From: Octopus vulgaris
Lineage: Eukaryota
Length of the DNA stretch: 64,000 bases
NCBI GenBank assembly: GCA_951406725.2
Contig: OX597824.1
Span: forward strand, 47,802,001-47,866,000
Direction of reading: 5' to 3'
Shown here: positions 52,601 to 63,625 of the stretch, one piece after another
Layout of the letters: each line of letters opens with the position of its first letter
Numbering within the stretch: position 1 is the first letter of the stretch
Notes under the pieces: model-generated
Told to the model about the DNA's origin: nothing
Database searches by the model: none
The model's input: only the letters and a program-made list of their open reading frames with translations
Position numbers and translations under genes: made by a program

Positions 52601-55260
52601 ACATGGGTGTTTTGTTCATCATTCTTACACAAACTTTATTTAGGGACCTTTTGAGCAGGATGGGCTACTTGATCTGAAGGTCATGTGCTGTTTATCTTGA
52701 CATAAGGTAATCATGTCATACACATGTGGTTGTGATGCATGTGCCTGGTGTAACCTTATCAGACGGGTAGTTCTGAAAGGTATATTGGGCTTTGTATATT
52801 TGCACCCCAGTGTCACTTTGATAGCATGCATTGCTCCTTCACTCAATAATAATAATAATAAAACAGCAATCTATCAAATGATCTAACTACACATACTTAT
52901 CAGCATCAGCAACTAATTGGTCGTATTGATTCTTAATGTTGTCATATTCATCCAACTGGTCTTGCAACTTCTTCAAATCTCGAATTTGGTTGTTCAGTTC
53001 TCGAATCTTGTCATCTAAAGAATCCAGAAAATAGAGAAGAAAAAAAAACCCAAAGAAATAGAAATAGGAAAAATAAAAGTGAACACAAAATAATGAGAGA
53101 ATATGTATATATGTGGGTGGATGGATGAGGACAGCTGCTTAAAGAAGTGCCAATATCTAATTGTGGAGGATACCTGTGGAACAAGTAGACCCAGGAAGAC
53201 ATGGAATGAAGTGGTGAGAAAGCAAACTAGGTGTATGTTTTATAAAGCTTAAAACATCAAATATGCATTCTGTATTTTAGTAATATTGTTACATGATTCA
53301 TATTCTCATAGAAATTTATCCTGAAGTTTGATGTCCCTCATCTAACTGCACTGGATACAGGAGGAAAGCGAGGAAATGCACTACTGAGTCTGGACTTTTG
53401 GTTACATGACACACTTTACAGTGCATATATATGCTTGTATATAATATTTATATAATGTCTGATAAGAAGAGTAATGAACACTTTGTGTATAGATGAATGT
53501 ATTCATATCCAATGAAAGGGTTCATATGGAATATCTAAAGCTTGTCAAATTACACTTTTACATGTAAAATATCTAGATTCTAGCAATAAGGAAGTCTCTT
53601 AGTGATCACCCAACTTGTTAGAAATAGCAGCCAAATTTCTTTCAAACCACACACTACAATCAAGAGCACGTATGTAATCAGGGATATACACAAATATGGA
53701 GTGATCACAAAAGCTTGCTAATTTTGGTCAGAGGCTTGTTTAATCCAGGATAATCTATGGTTAAACTACATCAAACACCTAGAAAGGAGAGGTATATATT
53801 AAATTACCTTTCAAAGATATAGTTTTGTTCTTCTCTTCAAGATCATATTCTATTTCAGACCGAAGATGTCGTTCAGTATTCAAATCACTGCCCAGTTTCC
53901 GGAGAAGGATATTTTTCTTATCAATTTCTTCCTAAAATTTGAAAATGTTTAAAATAAATACACAGAATAAAATTTTTGAGTATGCTGTGATCCAGTCTAC
54001 CTAGATACCTTACTGACTGACTCACTAGGTTTCCTAACAACCTTGTTACTGTACATATATGTATATGTGTATGTATGTTTCAAAGCCACTAGGCTATTCA
54101 AATTGTAAATTCTCATCAATTGGAAATATATTTATTTTTTTTACTTTATACACATACATGCACTTACAGGGTTTTTGGGCTAAATTTGATGATTTTTTTT
54201 GTCTCTTTTTTTTAGAAACAGTTTAGTGTATTGGTGAAGTCAATAGCATTGGAGAGCATAAAGATTAAAAAGTTAGCTGACATGGAGGACTGGAAACCAT
54301 TTGAATATCAGAAAAGAGTTACCTGTGTCATGATGATTCATATGGTATGTCAAAATGCTGACCTCATGATGATTCACAATGCTCTGTGAACACCTGTAAA
54401 CGTTGTAAGACATGATATGGACAGCTGTAACAGAGTCTATAAAGCCATGGCAAGCAAGAAGAGGCATAGCAGATCTTCTGACTGCATCTACAGGTTAGAA
54501 TTCATCCAATAGCTGCTGGACAAGGTGATGGAAGATTTGAGCAAGAGAATCCAGGCTTTGGCAAGAGAGTCCCCAACATGAAGCTAGCCCTAAACAAGGA
54601 CCTTCACTTCCATTTATACAGGAGGCATAAGGGACAAATTCTAACAGCCAAGGCGAACCACTTGATGAAAGTAAAGTGCTTGAACAAGCTGAGGCATCCC
54701 ATTGAACTGGGAATGATCTGGGTTTTCTCAGATGAAAAATACTTTGTCATGCTGCCACACATCAGTGACCATGGCCTTAGGCTCAATTCAGATGGCCTAC
54801 ATGAAATTGGAGACTGTGGTCAAATCCTGGCTGGAGAGGGATGCTGCTTGAAGGTCATATGTGAAGCAGCAAGATTTGGCTCCTTGCAATACCTTCAGAA
54901 AGAGTCAGAAGTGGTGGTTGGAGAATTTCTACAACTTCACCAACCCCAATTTCCAGCTTCCCAATTCCCTTGATTCTAATCTCATGGATTACTATGTCTG
55001 GAGTGCGGTTGAGAAATACAACTGTTTTGCCTGCAACACCAAGGCTGAGCTGGTGGCCAAGATAAAGGATGTTTGAAGATCTTACCAGGAACAAAATGAG
55101 GAATGCATGTACCATGTTCATGAGCCATCTGAGTAAACTGTTATCTTCCAGCCATAATTTAGTTGATATATTTCGATTTAAAAAAAAAATTCTTTTATTT
55201 TTAGATAGGGTATTATTTTCTTTTCCTTTTTTGCAAACTGTCAAATTTAGCATGAGCACC

Positions 55261-55296
<36 letters not shown>

Positions 55297-58200
55297 AACA
55301 CACACTCATTTGAAGTAAACATCTAAATTCGATTTTTCTTGGTGCCTTCAATTCTTCCTCAATAAATATATTTGGTAATGGCAATAACTTCATAATTATG
55401 TAGATACGGCAGCAGGTTAAGATGGACAATTTACCACAGGTGCAGGTATGGTTCTGTGGTAAGAAGCTTACTTTTCAACCCCATGGTTCCAGGTTTAATC
55501 CCATTGCATTGTACCTTGGGCAACTGTCTTCTATTATAGCCTTGGGCTGACCAAAATCTTGTAAGTGGATTTGGTAGACATAAACTGAAAGAAGCCAGCT
55601 GTATATTTATCTGTGTGTGTCTGTCTGTCCCCAACCACCTTTGACAATCAGTGTTAGTGTGTTTATGTCTCCATAACCTAGCAATTGGTAAAAGAGACCA
55701 ATGGAATAAGTACTAAGTTTCAAAACAAGCCCTGGAATCAATTTGTTCGACTAAAACCTTTCAAGGTGATGCCCCAGCATGGCCACAGTCAAATGACTGA
55801 AATAAGTAAACCCCTCTAGCATATCAAGTCTTCTAAAAAAAACAATGTTAATGGTTTTGACATTGCCATTACATACATCAGCATTTACATCTGAGAAAAT
55901 GATACTGAATAATAAACAAAAATATTAAAAATAAACATGCAACAGTAAACAATAATGCTAAGAAGCAACAAAAAAAAGCAAATAATTTCTAATTTAGGCA
56001 CAATGCATGCGGCTTGTAAGAGGTGATAAATCAAGGTTGTAGTAAATTGAATTGATTATTGTACGTTTCTAGTTTTTCTTTAATCATCCTTATATGGATG
56101 AAAAACCAGATTAAACTCAGAGGGATGAAAAGCAGTTAACACACTGGACAAAATGCTTAATGGCATTTCGCTTGGCTTATTACAATCCGAGTTCAAATAT
56201 CATTGAGGCCAGTTTTGTCTTTCATCCTTTTGGAGTCAATAAAATAAAATACTGGAGTTGAAGTAACTGACTACTCCTCCCATGAGAATTGCTGACCTTG
56301 TGTCAAAATTTGAAACATTATCATCATCCTCATTATTGGGTCCATAGTTTTTGACTAAGCCAATAAAACAATTATCTAAGGACAGCAAATTTGCAAAATT
56401 GCTAGAACGTTGGATAAAATACTTTGCAGTATTTCTTCAGGCTCTTTTATAACTCTGAATTCAAATCCTGCCATGATCAACTTTGCCTTTCAATCCTTTC
56501 AGGGTTGATGAAATAAGTACCAGTCTAGTACTGGGGTTGATGATAGCGACTAACCCCACCACTTAAAATTGCTGGTCTTGTTCTGGGAGTCCATGATATT
56601 AACTAGTCCATCTTGCTCCAGATTTCAGGCCTTATGACTAAAATAGAAACATTTAATAGTGATGGATTAACAGACTCATTAGAATATCAAACAGAATGCC
56701 TTGCAGCATCAGTTTTTGAGCTTTATATTCCAAGTTCAAATCCTACCCTTTTGAGGTAAAGTAAAATAAGATACCAGTCAAATACTGGGCTCAGTGGTGT
56801 CAATTAATATCCTCCCTTCAAAACTGCTAATCTTATGCCTAAATCAGAAAATAAAAATTCTAAGCAAAAATATTTTTATCCACAGTATATGAGAAAATAT
56901 ACAATAAAATTTCATTTAGTTAGATTACAATTTGTAATCCCTATGCTGTGGTAAGTTAACAAATGTGAATACACCTTATTCTTTTTGTATACAGAAAAAT
57001 AAGGAAATTGCCCTGATGTGTTTTATGGCTGATTGGCTACTCTTCAGAGAAAAAGTAGCCCCTCATCCTTCTGCCTACAATAGCAATTGCTGGCTTTCTG
57101 TGTGAATAACAGAATATATTCACCTCTTTAGCTTTGCATAGCATTGGTTACAAACTAGCCTAACTAGATTAAATTTGTTTTGAACAACAACAATTGTAAG
57201 AAGAAAAAGAAGGATCTGAAACTGGAAATAGAAATTTGGGACAGTTATACATTTTCCAAGAGTATCCACAACATAAAATAACAGCTCTAACTATAATTTG
57301 ATCTCCACAAATAATGATGTCCTAAGTTGGCACCCCATCTCTTCCATTTTATAAATAGTACATGAATAGTATTTATTTTATTTACCATGGATGTATGGAA
57401 AAAAAGTCAACTTCAATGGGGTCAGAACACAAAAAGTAGTGATAAAACTTAGCAATTTATAGTCAGTTGCTCTATTTGTTTTCTTTATTTTTTCTTTGCT
57501 TCTCAACTGCCCATATATAAAATTTTCTTTCCACTAAACTCAAAATAGAATATTGTGATGTTCATATTTTCCTAATCACTTAGTTTAGGAGGAATGAAGT
57601 GAAATAGCTTAACTAGTGATTAAAACCATATTGCAATCTTGGCTTAATGGCAGCTTTAACACTTGCATAATTCCATATTGCCAGATAATGAAAATATTAT
57701 TAAGAAAACAATAACCAGGCAAAATATTAATGTCACTTCAGCAACATAAATGCTACAATTAATGGGATACAAACACTTGTTAGCATGCAGGAGGATATGA
57801 ATGGTATAGCACTCAAGAAGTGAAGAATGCTAAAACGAGAAAACATGCCTACCTGAGAAAACATGGTACAGTAAATATGCAAAAATGAATGCTACAACAA
57901 GCAGGCAAAATTAAGTGACAGAGGAAACAGATTAACACAAATGCTGCAGTAAACAAATAAACAACAGTTATGAATATAATTGATGTAGAAAGCATTGGGA
58001 ATTAAAATCCATGTGAAAGCAATGAAACATGAATATTATAGCAAACGGGCAAGCGTGAATGCTACAGCAAGTGGGCAAGCATGAATGTGGCAGCAAGCAG
58101 GCAAACATGAATGCAATAGCAAGCAGGTAAAAAATAAGGATGTATAGGCAAATATGGAAGCTACATCAAGCAGAAAAAATAGAAATACTACAGCAAGTAG

Positions 58201-58444
58201 GGAAATATGAATACATAAGCAACTATGAAGGCTACTGCAAACAATTTAACACAAATTCTAAGGTCAACAATGAAACTTTATACTACAGCAAGCTATGAAG
58301 CATGAATAATGAAAAAATAAAGCAAAGCTGAAATGAAAGCAAGAAATAATGCGCTAAAACAGACAAAATAAACACATAAACCAAGCTAACAGAAAATTGA
58401 AACAATTTAGTCACCTCAGTTTTTTTCCGTAAATTGCGTTCTCT
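23281..58444 (-). CDS. NUMA1: NuMA/Mud-like nuclear mitotic apparatus protein, multi-exon gene model (18 exons traced, 5' end outside window)
   Basis: Exons 58415-58444, 53808-53931, 52897-53014, 50591-50696, 49993-50218, 48573-48736, 46871-47167, 42271-45685, 40296-40486, 39801-40052, 39136-39282, 35376-35601, 32453-32557, 30648-30750, 29221-29291, 26471-26685, 24723-24848, 23281-23367. All are AG/GT bounded and join in frame (6003 nt). Long coiled coil followed by [36 protein letters not shown] and [11 protein letters not shown], matching recalled human NuMA CQDEPEQLDDWNRIAELQQRNRVCPPHLKTCYPLE and SMAFSILNTPK. Confidence 0.85.
24148..24510 (-). mobile_element. Two RTE 3'-tail elements
   Basis: catcatc..tttaa.gtc..ttttccatg.tggcatggg occurs twice. 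Confidence 0.65.
24723..24848 (-). CDS. NUMA1: NuMA-like exon (KRHVKSGGQ...[18 protein letters not shown])
   Basis: 126 nt, phase 0 to 0, cag/gtgag; basic tail with TP/SP sites. Confidence 0.75.
25674..26130. repeat. (TA)n and compound (TA/CA)n microsatellites around an RTE-tail element (25713-25865, minus)
   Basis: Direct observation; source of the spurious IY/TH/CV ORFs. Confidence 0.9.
26471..26685 (-). CDS. NUMA1: NuMA-like exon carrying the LGN/Pins-binding and NLM motif plus a KRKRK NLS-like stretch
   Basis: 215 nt, phase 1 to 0; [43 protein letters not shown]. Confidence 0.9.
28311..28720 (-). mobile_element. RTE 3'-tail element, close relative of 19410-19783
   Basis: Shared acaactacaatttccatttgattttt and gcacc subrepeats. 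Confidence 0.8.
29221..29291 (-). CDS. NUMA1: NuMA-like exon ([23 protein letters not shown])
   Basis: 71 nt, phase 2 to 1, ttccag/gtaagt, Ser-rich tail. Confidence 0.75.
30648..30750 (-). CDS. NUMA1: NuMA-like exon ([20 protein letters not shown]...SPI)
   Basis: 103 nt, phase 1 to 2, supplies exactly the phase change needed between its neighbours; ttttag/gttggt. Confidence 0.7.
30910..31190 (+). mobile_element. 3' fragment of the young RTE subfamily
   Basis: [24 protein letters not shown]...YAVTAKT*, nearly identical to 18052-18250. Confidence 0.9.
31518..31787. mobile_element. hAT (Charlie-like) MITE
   Basis: 14-bp TIR CAGTGGTTCCCAAA/TTTGGGAACCACTG; tattaga duplicated on both flanks. Confidence 0.8.
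32060..32275 (+). mobile_element. Helitron RepHel coding remnant
   Basis: [35 protein letters not shown] resembles the recalled Helitron motif R.Y.V.P...E.FYLRLLL....G..SF.DL.TV.G. Confidence 0.65.
32453..32557 (-). CDS. NUMA1: NuMA-like exon ([21 protein letters not shown]...)
   Basis: 105 nt, phase 1 to 1, tttccag/gtaagt; end of the coiled coil. Confidence 0.8.
32800..33198 (+). mobile_element. CORE-like tRNA SINE (full length)
   Basis: tggtaagaagcttgcttc..aaccacatggttctgggttcagt...ccttggg.aagtgtcttctactatagcc; internal (TA)/(TG) run; tail aatgactgaaacaagtaaaagaata. Confidence 0.8.
33490..34590 (-). mobile_element. Head-to-tail cluster of ~5 Deu/Nin-like SINEs separated by (AAT)n
   Basis: Repeated ~200-bp units: aaggcctgaaatt.ggggga...gaaaggcaaagt...gattctgccagctc. 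Confidence 0.8.
34675..35293. repeat. Imperfect ~620-bp inverted repeat with degenerate hammerhead-like cores
   Basis: ttgcaatagattgtttatttaacag pairs with ctgttaaataaacaatctattgcaa; tgtaaaatgaaaataac and atcctg.attgcta arms also pair; flanked by (AAT)n. Confidence 0.85.
35296..35370. repeat. (AAT)n microsatellite beside the exon donor site
   Basis: Direct observation. Confidence 0.95.
35376..35601 (-). CDS. NUMA1: NuMA-like exon ([10 protein letters not shown]...KFQET)
   Basis: 226 nt, phase 0 to 1, tttcag/gtatg; inside ORF 35245..35745. Confidence 0.85.
35985..36997 (+). mobile_element. Degraded LINE of a second RTE lineage (BovB-like RT), internally deleted or interrupted
   Basis: [42 protein letters not shown]; 3' end tccatggcctctcaagacc..cgga followed by (ACT)n. 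Confidence 0.75.
39136..39282 (-). CDS. NUMA1: NuMA-like exon ([12 protein letters not shown]...MEVTK)
   Basis: 147 nt, phase 0 to 0, pyrimidine-rich cag acceptor, gtagt donor. Confidence 0.8.
39801..40052 (-). CDS. NUMA1: NuMA-like exon ([11 protein letters not shown]...ISAE)
   Basis: 252 nt, phase 0 to 0, tag/gtaat, open frame. Confidence 0.8.
40296..40486 (-). CDS. NUMA1: NuMA-like exon ([11 protein letters not shown]...LASSK)
   Basis: 191 nt, phase 1 to 0, aag acceptor, gtaagt donor. Confidence 0.8.
41738..41937 (+). mobile_element. RTE 3'-tail element
   Basis: Highly similar to 18483-18660. Confidence 0.8.
42029..42241. mobile_element. piggyBac-like MITE, same family as 20862-21081
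   Basis: TTAA-cccttta...tgaatgctaaaggg-TTAA; 29 bp from the giant-exon donor. Confidence 0.8.
42271..45685 (-). CDS. NUMA1: NuMA-like giant coiled-coil exon (3415 nt)
   Basis: Contains the 1130-aa E/K/L/Q-rich ORF; acceptor tag at 45686, donor gtaac at 42270, phase 0 to 1. Confidence 0.92.
46180..46600. repeat. 32-bp minisatellite, ~13 copies, amplified inside a Deu/Nin-like SINE (46120-46700, minus)
   Basis: Unit ccccagtgttcaactggtccttattttatcga; SINE sequence continues on both sides. Confidence 0.95.
46871..47167 (-). CDS. NUMA1: NuMA-like exon (SKLLELHEE...KLTNM)
   Basis: 297 nt, phase 0 to 0, tag/gtaagt, overlaps ORF 46811..47158. Confidence 0.85.
47345..47650 (+). mobile_element. tRNA-derived SINE (third family)
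   Basis: ggttaagg..gactcacaatc..gagttcgattcc B-box; gtccttgagcaagacac...ctccagtccactcag. Confidence 0.65.
48573..48736 (-). CDS. NUMA1: NuMA-like exon ([14 protein letters not shown]...RDILE)
   Basis: 164 nt, phase 1 to 0, strong polypyrimidine-cag acceptor, gtaag donor. Confidence 0.85.
48833..49160 (+). mobile_element. CORE-like tRNA SINE
   Basis: Same family as 32800-33198. Confidence 0.8.
49535..49865 (-). mobile_element. CORE-like tRNA SINE (inverted relative to the 48833 copy)
   Basis: Reverse complement of the family consensus. Confidence 0.75.
49993..50218 (-). CDS. NUMA1: NuMA-like exon ([11 protein letters not shown]...LAFQS)
   Basis: 226 nt, phase 0 to 1, inside ORF 49970..50275. 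Confidence 0.85.
50591..50696 (-). CDS. NUMA1: NuMA-like exon ([15 protein letters not shown]...)
   Basis: 106 nt, phase 2 to 0, tag/gtaagt. Confidence 0.8.
52897..53014 (-). CDS. NUMA1: NuMA-like exon ([22 protein letters not shown]...)
   Basis: 118 nt, phase 1 to 2, tag/gtatg. Confidence 0.8.
53808..53931 (-). CDS. NUMA1: NuMA-like exon ([13 protein letters not shown]...ISLK)
   Basis: 124 nt, phase 0 to 1, tag/gtaat, coiled-coil composition. Confidence 0.8.
54168..55262 (+). mobile_element. Degraded Tc1/mariner element (maT/DD37D-like)
   Basis: [15 protein letters not shown] and [16 protein letters not shown] (cf. SPDLNPLDY..W); imperfect TIRs sharing gctaaatttga; TA flanks. Confidence 0.75.
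55440..55810 (+). mobile_element. CORE-like tRNA SINE
   Basis: Same family as 32800-33198. Confidence 0.8.
56120..56850 (+). mobile_element. Three decayed Deu/Nin-like SINEs in tandem
   Basis: Repeated gagttcaaat...ctttcatcc.tt...aaataag.acca. Confidence 0.6.
57740..58330. repeat. Degenerate ~26-bp minisatellite
   Basis: Recurrent (c)atgaatgctacagcaagcaggcaaa; best conserved at 58028-58130. Confidence 0.7.
58415..58444 (-). CDS. NUMA1: NuMA-like exon (30-nt micro-exon, [10 protein letters not shown])
   Basis: cag acceptor, gtgac donor, phase 0 matching the next exon; an alternative in-frame acceptor lies 9 nt upstream. Confidence 0.5.
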
Positions 58445-58819
58445 CTGTATAATCTAATACAAAATTAAAAGAAAACATACCTTACAACCAGAAATACATG
58501 CCGTAGCAGAAATTTATATTACAGGTTTAGATACTGAAAATTGTATGTGGTTGGCAAGTAACTTGATATAAGTTCTTACATTAAAACTAAAACAAGTGCA
58601 TTCTGTTTGGCCCTAGAAGCCATTTAAAATAATCATTACCAGGCACAGCCATAGCTGAATGGTAAACAAGCTCACTTTATAATCATGTCAACAACATTGA
58701 TATAACCCTTTAGCATTCAAATTACTCTGAACAATGTTATACTTATTCATTCACAATATTTTGAATTAATCATACATTATCTTGGAGCTTTCAAATTTTT
58801 ATACATATACATACATGTG

Positions 58820-59545
58820 TGCACAGGAGCCAGTCCAGCGGCATTGGCAACGACCTCGCTCTAATGTTTTTTTCACGTACCACTGGCACAAGTGCCAGTA
58901 ATGCGACGCTGGTAACGAGCACGCTTGAATGGTGCTTTTTACGTGCCACCGGCATGGAAGCCAGTTAGCTGCTCTGGTAACGATCATGCTCTTAGCGCTC
59001 CACTAGCACGCATGTCATTCATCGAATTTGATTTCGATTTCACTTGCCTCAACAGGTCTTTGCAAACAGAGGTTAGTATCCAATGAAGGAAAGGTACGCA
59101 TAAGTGGGCCGGTTATACCCCTGGCATAGGCCACGAAGTTATGGTCTCACTTTGCTTGCCGAGTCTTCTCAAGCACAGCATATTTCCAAAGGTCTCGGTC
59201 ATGATTCACCACCTCATCCCAGGTCTTCCTGGGCCTAACTCTTCCACAGGTTCCCTCAACCGCTAGGGTGTGACACTTTTTCACACAGCTATCCTCATCC
59301 ATTGTCGCCACATGACCATACCAGTGCAGTAGTCTCTCTTCCACACCACATCTGATGCTTCTTAGGTCCAAATTTTCTCGCAAGGTACTTACATTGTCGA
59401 GTATGCAAACTGACATTACACATCCATCGGAGCATGGTGGCTTTATTTCTTGCGAGCTTACGCATGTCCTCAGCAGTCACGGCCCATGTTTCACTGTCAT
59501 GTAGCATGGCTGTTCATACACATGCATCATACAGTCTACCTTTTA
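58820..59545 (-). mobile_element. RTE 3' fragment (RT C-terminus + UTR)
   Basis: ETWAVTAEDMRKLARN and WYGHV...[10 protein letters not shown] on the minus strand. Confidence 0.9.
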
Positions 59546-59563
59546 CATATGTATGTATGTATG

Positions 59564-59608
<45 letters not shown>

Positions 59609-59640
59609 ATATATACATACATATACACATACATATATGT

Positions 59641-60008
59641 CAGGTCATCCCATAAGTTCTGTCCGATTTTACCTTTTTTTTTTATAACTGAATGAAATTT
59701 AATATTTTAGAATGTCTAATGGAATTAAAAAATTATTTTTAAGCATTTGTGTACATTTAAACTAATTAAATATTATTTTACAGAATAATAGAATTAAAAT
59801 TTCTTTGATTAAAACCCTTTCTAACATGGAAGTATCCAAAGAGCATTTGAGGCACGTAATGCTTTATGAGTACAAAAAAGGAAACTCTGCAGCTGAAGCA
59901 ACTCGAAACATACATTTAGTTTATGGAAAAGAATGCTTGAATGAAAGAACTTGCAGAAGCTGGTTTGCAAAATTCAGAAGTGGAGATTTCAGCCTTGAAA
60001 ATGAAGGA
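59641..60008 (+). mobile_element. Mariner 5' fragment (left end + HTH DNA-binding domain)
   Basis: MEVSKEHLRHVMLYEYKKGNSAAEATRNIHLVYG..LNERTCRSWFAKFRSGDFSLE, a typical mariner N-terminal HTH. Confidence 0.85.
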
Positions 60009-62340
60009 CTATTATTTGGAACTGCTTAAAAAAGAAATTCAAAAAAACTATAGGATTACCGATAAAAGTGTACCCAGGAAAGCCAACCTTGAGGCTAAGA
60101 AAATTATGGAGAGGTATAACTTACAGATGAAGACAGAAGCACTTGATCCTAAGCAACCTCGTTTTATTTTGAAAGATCATCAACAAAATTTTTTTAATAA
60201 CCCATCCTTAGGACTTATCTGTCCTTCTAGCTCTGACATTGATGTACTTAGTAAAAACATTCTAGATAAATATGTTCTTACCTTAGTTAAAAAATTAAAG
60301 CTTAGTTTATGGTCCAATTCATTCCAAGTCATCGACTGGTTTAGTTCTATTACTAATAAGAGAGGCACTAAGTTTATCCAGTTTGACATTTCTAGTTTCT
60401 ATTCCTCCATCAACCCAATAGTACTTAACCCTTTCGTTACTATATTTCTGACCAAAATACACCCCTCATGAGTTTCAATTAAATTCTAAAATAATCATGA
60501 ATCTAGGCTTGTTTCATTAAATAACTGTAACTTTTTTACTTAACATATTAATGTGATATTTGGAACATAATTAAAGAAAGGGTTCTTAATCAATTCTATT
60601 GCATAACTTTTGTCTCAAAGTGACTTTAATTACAGGTAAATCCAGGTAAATTGAGCAAAAGGTAAAAATATTAAAATTTTAAATTGAGCAAAAGGTAAAA
60701 ATATTAAAATTTTGTTTAAACATCACCATAGAAAATGAATCATCAGCTAATATTCAAATGGGTATGCAACAAAATTTTGATAAAGAAGAATTGTGCACAT
60801 CACTATATCATCAGTTGAATTTAATGCACAACAGGTGTACCATAAAGGTGGAATAAAGTGAAATACTGGAATCCACCGCAAGTTTGGCGAACTAAAGAAA
60901 TCGGTCAAAAAATAATATACGGCCCTGGTTATGGTATGGAAGTGATAAATTCCAGACCACATCGTTCCCTAGGCCATGCTGACTAACATCATTTTCCCTG
61001 TATAAAAACTAAATCCACACAGTACCCAGTATTCGCTTCACAAATTTTCCGAAATTTGAACCCCCATTTTGTGTTTGTTTACATTCTGTGTAAGTTTGTT
61101 TCTGCATTGATCGCTTCAAACAATAACTTCCAGACCACATCATACCCTAAGCCATGCTGACTAACATTAGTTTCCCTGTATAAAAACTAAATCCACAACA
61201 GTACCCAGTATTTGCTTCACAAATTTTCCAATTCGGAATCAATGCTTGATAACATGAAACTCCTATCCATTTTCAAAGTTGAAGAAAAATCGATGCCGAA
61301 AAAATCTCCCAAAATTCAGGGAATTAAAATTACACGTCGATCGTTGTACAAAGCTGTAGATGAACTGTTTACGAAGTATAATCACGTGTTTTCACGAATG
61401 TACTAAAGAGATTTGCTCTGATATTCTCATTTAAATATGAATAGGTAAATACGGGCGGCTTTGGGCGGTTTGGTAACGAAAGGGTTAATAAGACACTTTG
61501 GCTTGCTCATAACAAAGCTGGTTTCACCAGGGAAGAAATTAATGTTGTGTTGGCCGCCAGAAAATCTATCAAAGTTTGACAATAAGCTGTGGGTCCATAA
61601 AGACACACCCTATGGTTTTGATGTTACAATGGGAAGTTCTGATTCAGCACAAGTAGCTGAATTAGTCTGTATATATATACTTTATGAAGTGGCAGACCAG
61701 TTCCCAAGCATCAATGGAGGTCTATATCGTGATGATTGTTTACTTTACCTTCAAAATGTTTCTCACCAAAAAGTACAAAAGGTTAAGAATAGTTAAGTTT
61801 TTCTGTAGAATGGGCTTAGGCATCATTTTTGATAATGTAACGAAGGCCAACTTTTTAGATATTACACTTACACGATAATTCGTACTTCCCATACCACAAA
61901 CCATCGACCAATCTTAAGTATATTAGCCAATTCAGTAATCATTCTAGGGCAATCACTAGGAACTTAGTTAAGAATATCTCATTTAGATTGCCTAAGTTAC
62001 CTGCTAATGTTGACATTTTCAATGACAAGGCTGAATTTTATAACGCTGCCTTACTTAAAGCAGGTTATACAGATAAAGCTACCTACATTAATTCCATTCA
62101 ATCTTATTCTACCTTTACTAATGGAGACATGAAATCTAGTTGTAAGGATATAAACGATATCAATTTTAATTTATACGCCAACACCAAACAGAGGAAAGGA
62201 GATAACCCTTATTTAAACCCCTTTTTTCATTCTAAAGGTAAATTGATGTCTTTTAAAGATAGTTACACTAAAAATAAGGTAACTAATAGTAAAACTATTT
62301 GGTTGATTATTCCTTATGGTAGGCAAATAAAATCTAATCT
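60009..62340 (+). mobile_element. Penelope-like element RT fragment (Naiad/Chlamys-like), split by a TTAA element
   Basis: LKDH..NF.NNP..LICPS.S, FIQFDISSFYSSI, FDVTMGSSDSAQVAELV, GLYRDD, NFLDITL; the frame rejoins across the TTAA (SINPIVLN-KTLWLA). Confidence 0.8.
60429..61484. mobile_element. piggyBac-like non-autonomous element, TTAA TSD
   Basis: TTAA-ccctttcgttac...gtaacgaaaggg-TTAA; internal ~100-bp direct repeats (~60949 and ~61128) and a ~34-bp duplication. Confidence 0.85.
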
Positions 62341-63625
62341 TCCGACAGCTGAAATTAAGTTCATGAGCAGACTGGCAGACAAGTTGGTATACTGCTGGAG
62401 TTAATAAGTTGTCCACACATCCTTTAAAGAAAAATGCTTACAGAGAAAAGAAATGAGTACAAAGCTACTGCTGTTGCTAATGCACAGAAACAATTGTTGT
62501 CGATTGTGATTAAAGCCTGTTCATTCCATCTTGTTTTATAATTGTTTTCACGTGAATGCTGTGTACACTAATGGATTTTCACATGTACATCCAGTAAAAG
62601 GAGTATTCCTGCTGTAAGATTGCATATGGTAGCTGATAACATGATATTATCAAGTAACTACAGAAAACAGATTTAGCCCTCAGCGACATTCATGCCGATA
62701 CTTTTGCTACATTAGGGTATGATACTCTAGTTTTATCAACAATGCAAAAGTGGGTAGCTGAGGGGAGCAGAGAGCCTTGAATATGACACATGGTCTGGAT
62801 GTCCTGCAACTTACACCACTGAAGAAAACATTGTTCATGTTCACATGGTGATGGATAACAGGTGATTCACTATAAATCAAATAGCCAATGCTATTAGCAT
62901 ATCCTGTGAGAGAGTTGAGAATATTCTGCACAATGAATGGGTGCCACATCTTCTGACACCTGATCAAAGGCACACCAGACTGATCACATCACGGGAAAAT
63001 CTGACATTGTTTGAGGCAGATCCAGCTGGTTTTCTTGAACGTTTCCTAACCCAGGATGAGTGTTGTGTTCATCATTTCAAGCCAGAGACAAAGAGACAAT
63101 CCAATCAGTGGAAACACCCTTCTCACTGGCATTAAAGAAGGCCAAGATTGTTTAATCTGTAGGGAAGGTGATGGCTTCAGTTTTTTGAGATGCAAAAGGA
63201 ATTGTATCTATTGTCGTCAAAGGGCTACACCATCAATGAACAACACCAACTTGCTGAGGTAGTTATGAAAGGCCATCAAGACCAAATACCCAAGAAACAG
63301 GACAATGCTCCATCACACAAATCCTTGCTTTCAATAGCTAAAGTGTGAGTGTGGCTTTCAACTGGTTGACCACCATCCCTATTCTCCTCAATTGGTCCCA
63401 TCTGACTATCATCTGTTCCTCAGCATGAAAAGTCACTTGGCTGGGAATTAGTACCATGACTTTTTAACAGAATGAAAGCTTCTTCACCAATGGGATCAAA
63501 GTACTGCAACACCAAAGGGAGAAGATTGAGGACTGCAAAGGGAACTATATTAAAAAATAAACCTCATTTGGTCACATTCGATTAAAGTATTTTTGTTAGC
63601 CTATGAACATTTCAGCTGACCCTCA
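62340..63625 (+). mobile_element. Degraded mariner (D,D34D-type) transposon
   Basis: WVPHLLT, FLTQDE..VHHF.PETKRQS.QW, QDNAP, PYSPQL.PSDYHLF; right TIR gcctatgaac.tttcagctgaccctca-TA; decayed left TIR cagctgaa..agttcat. Confidence 0.85.
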
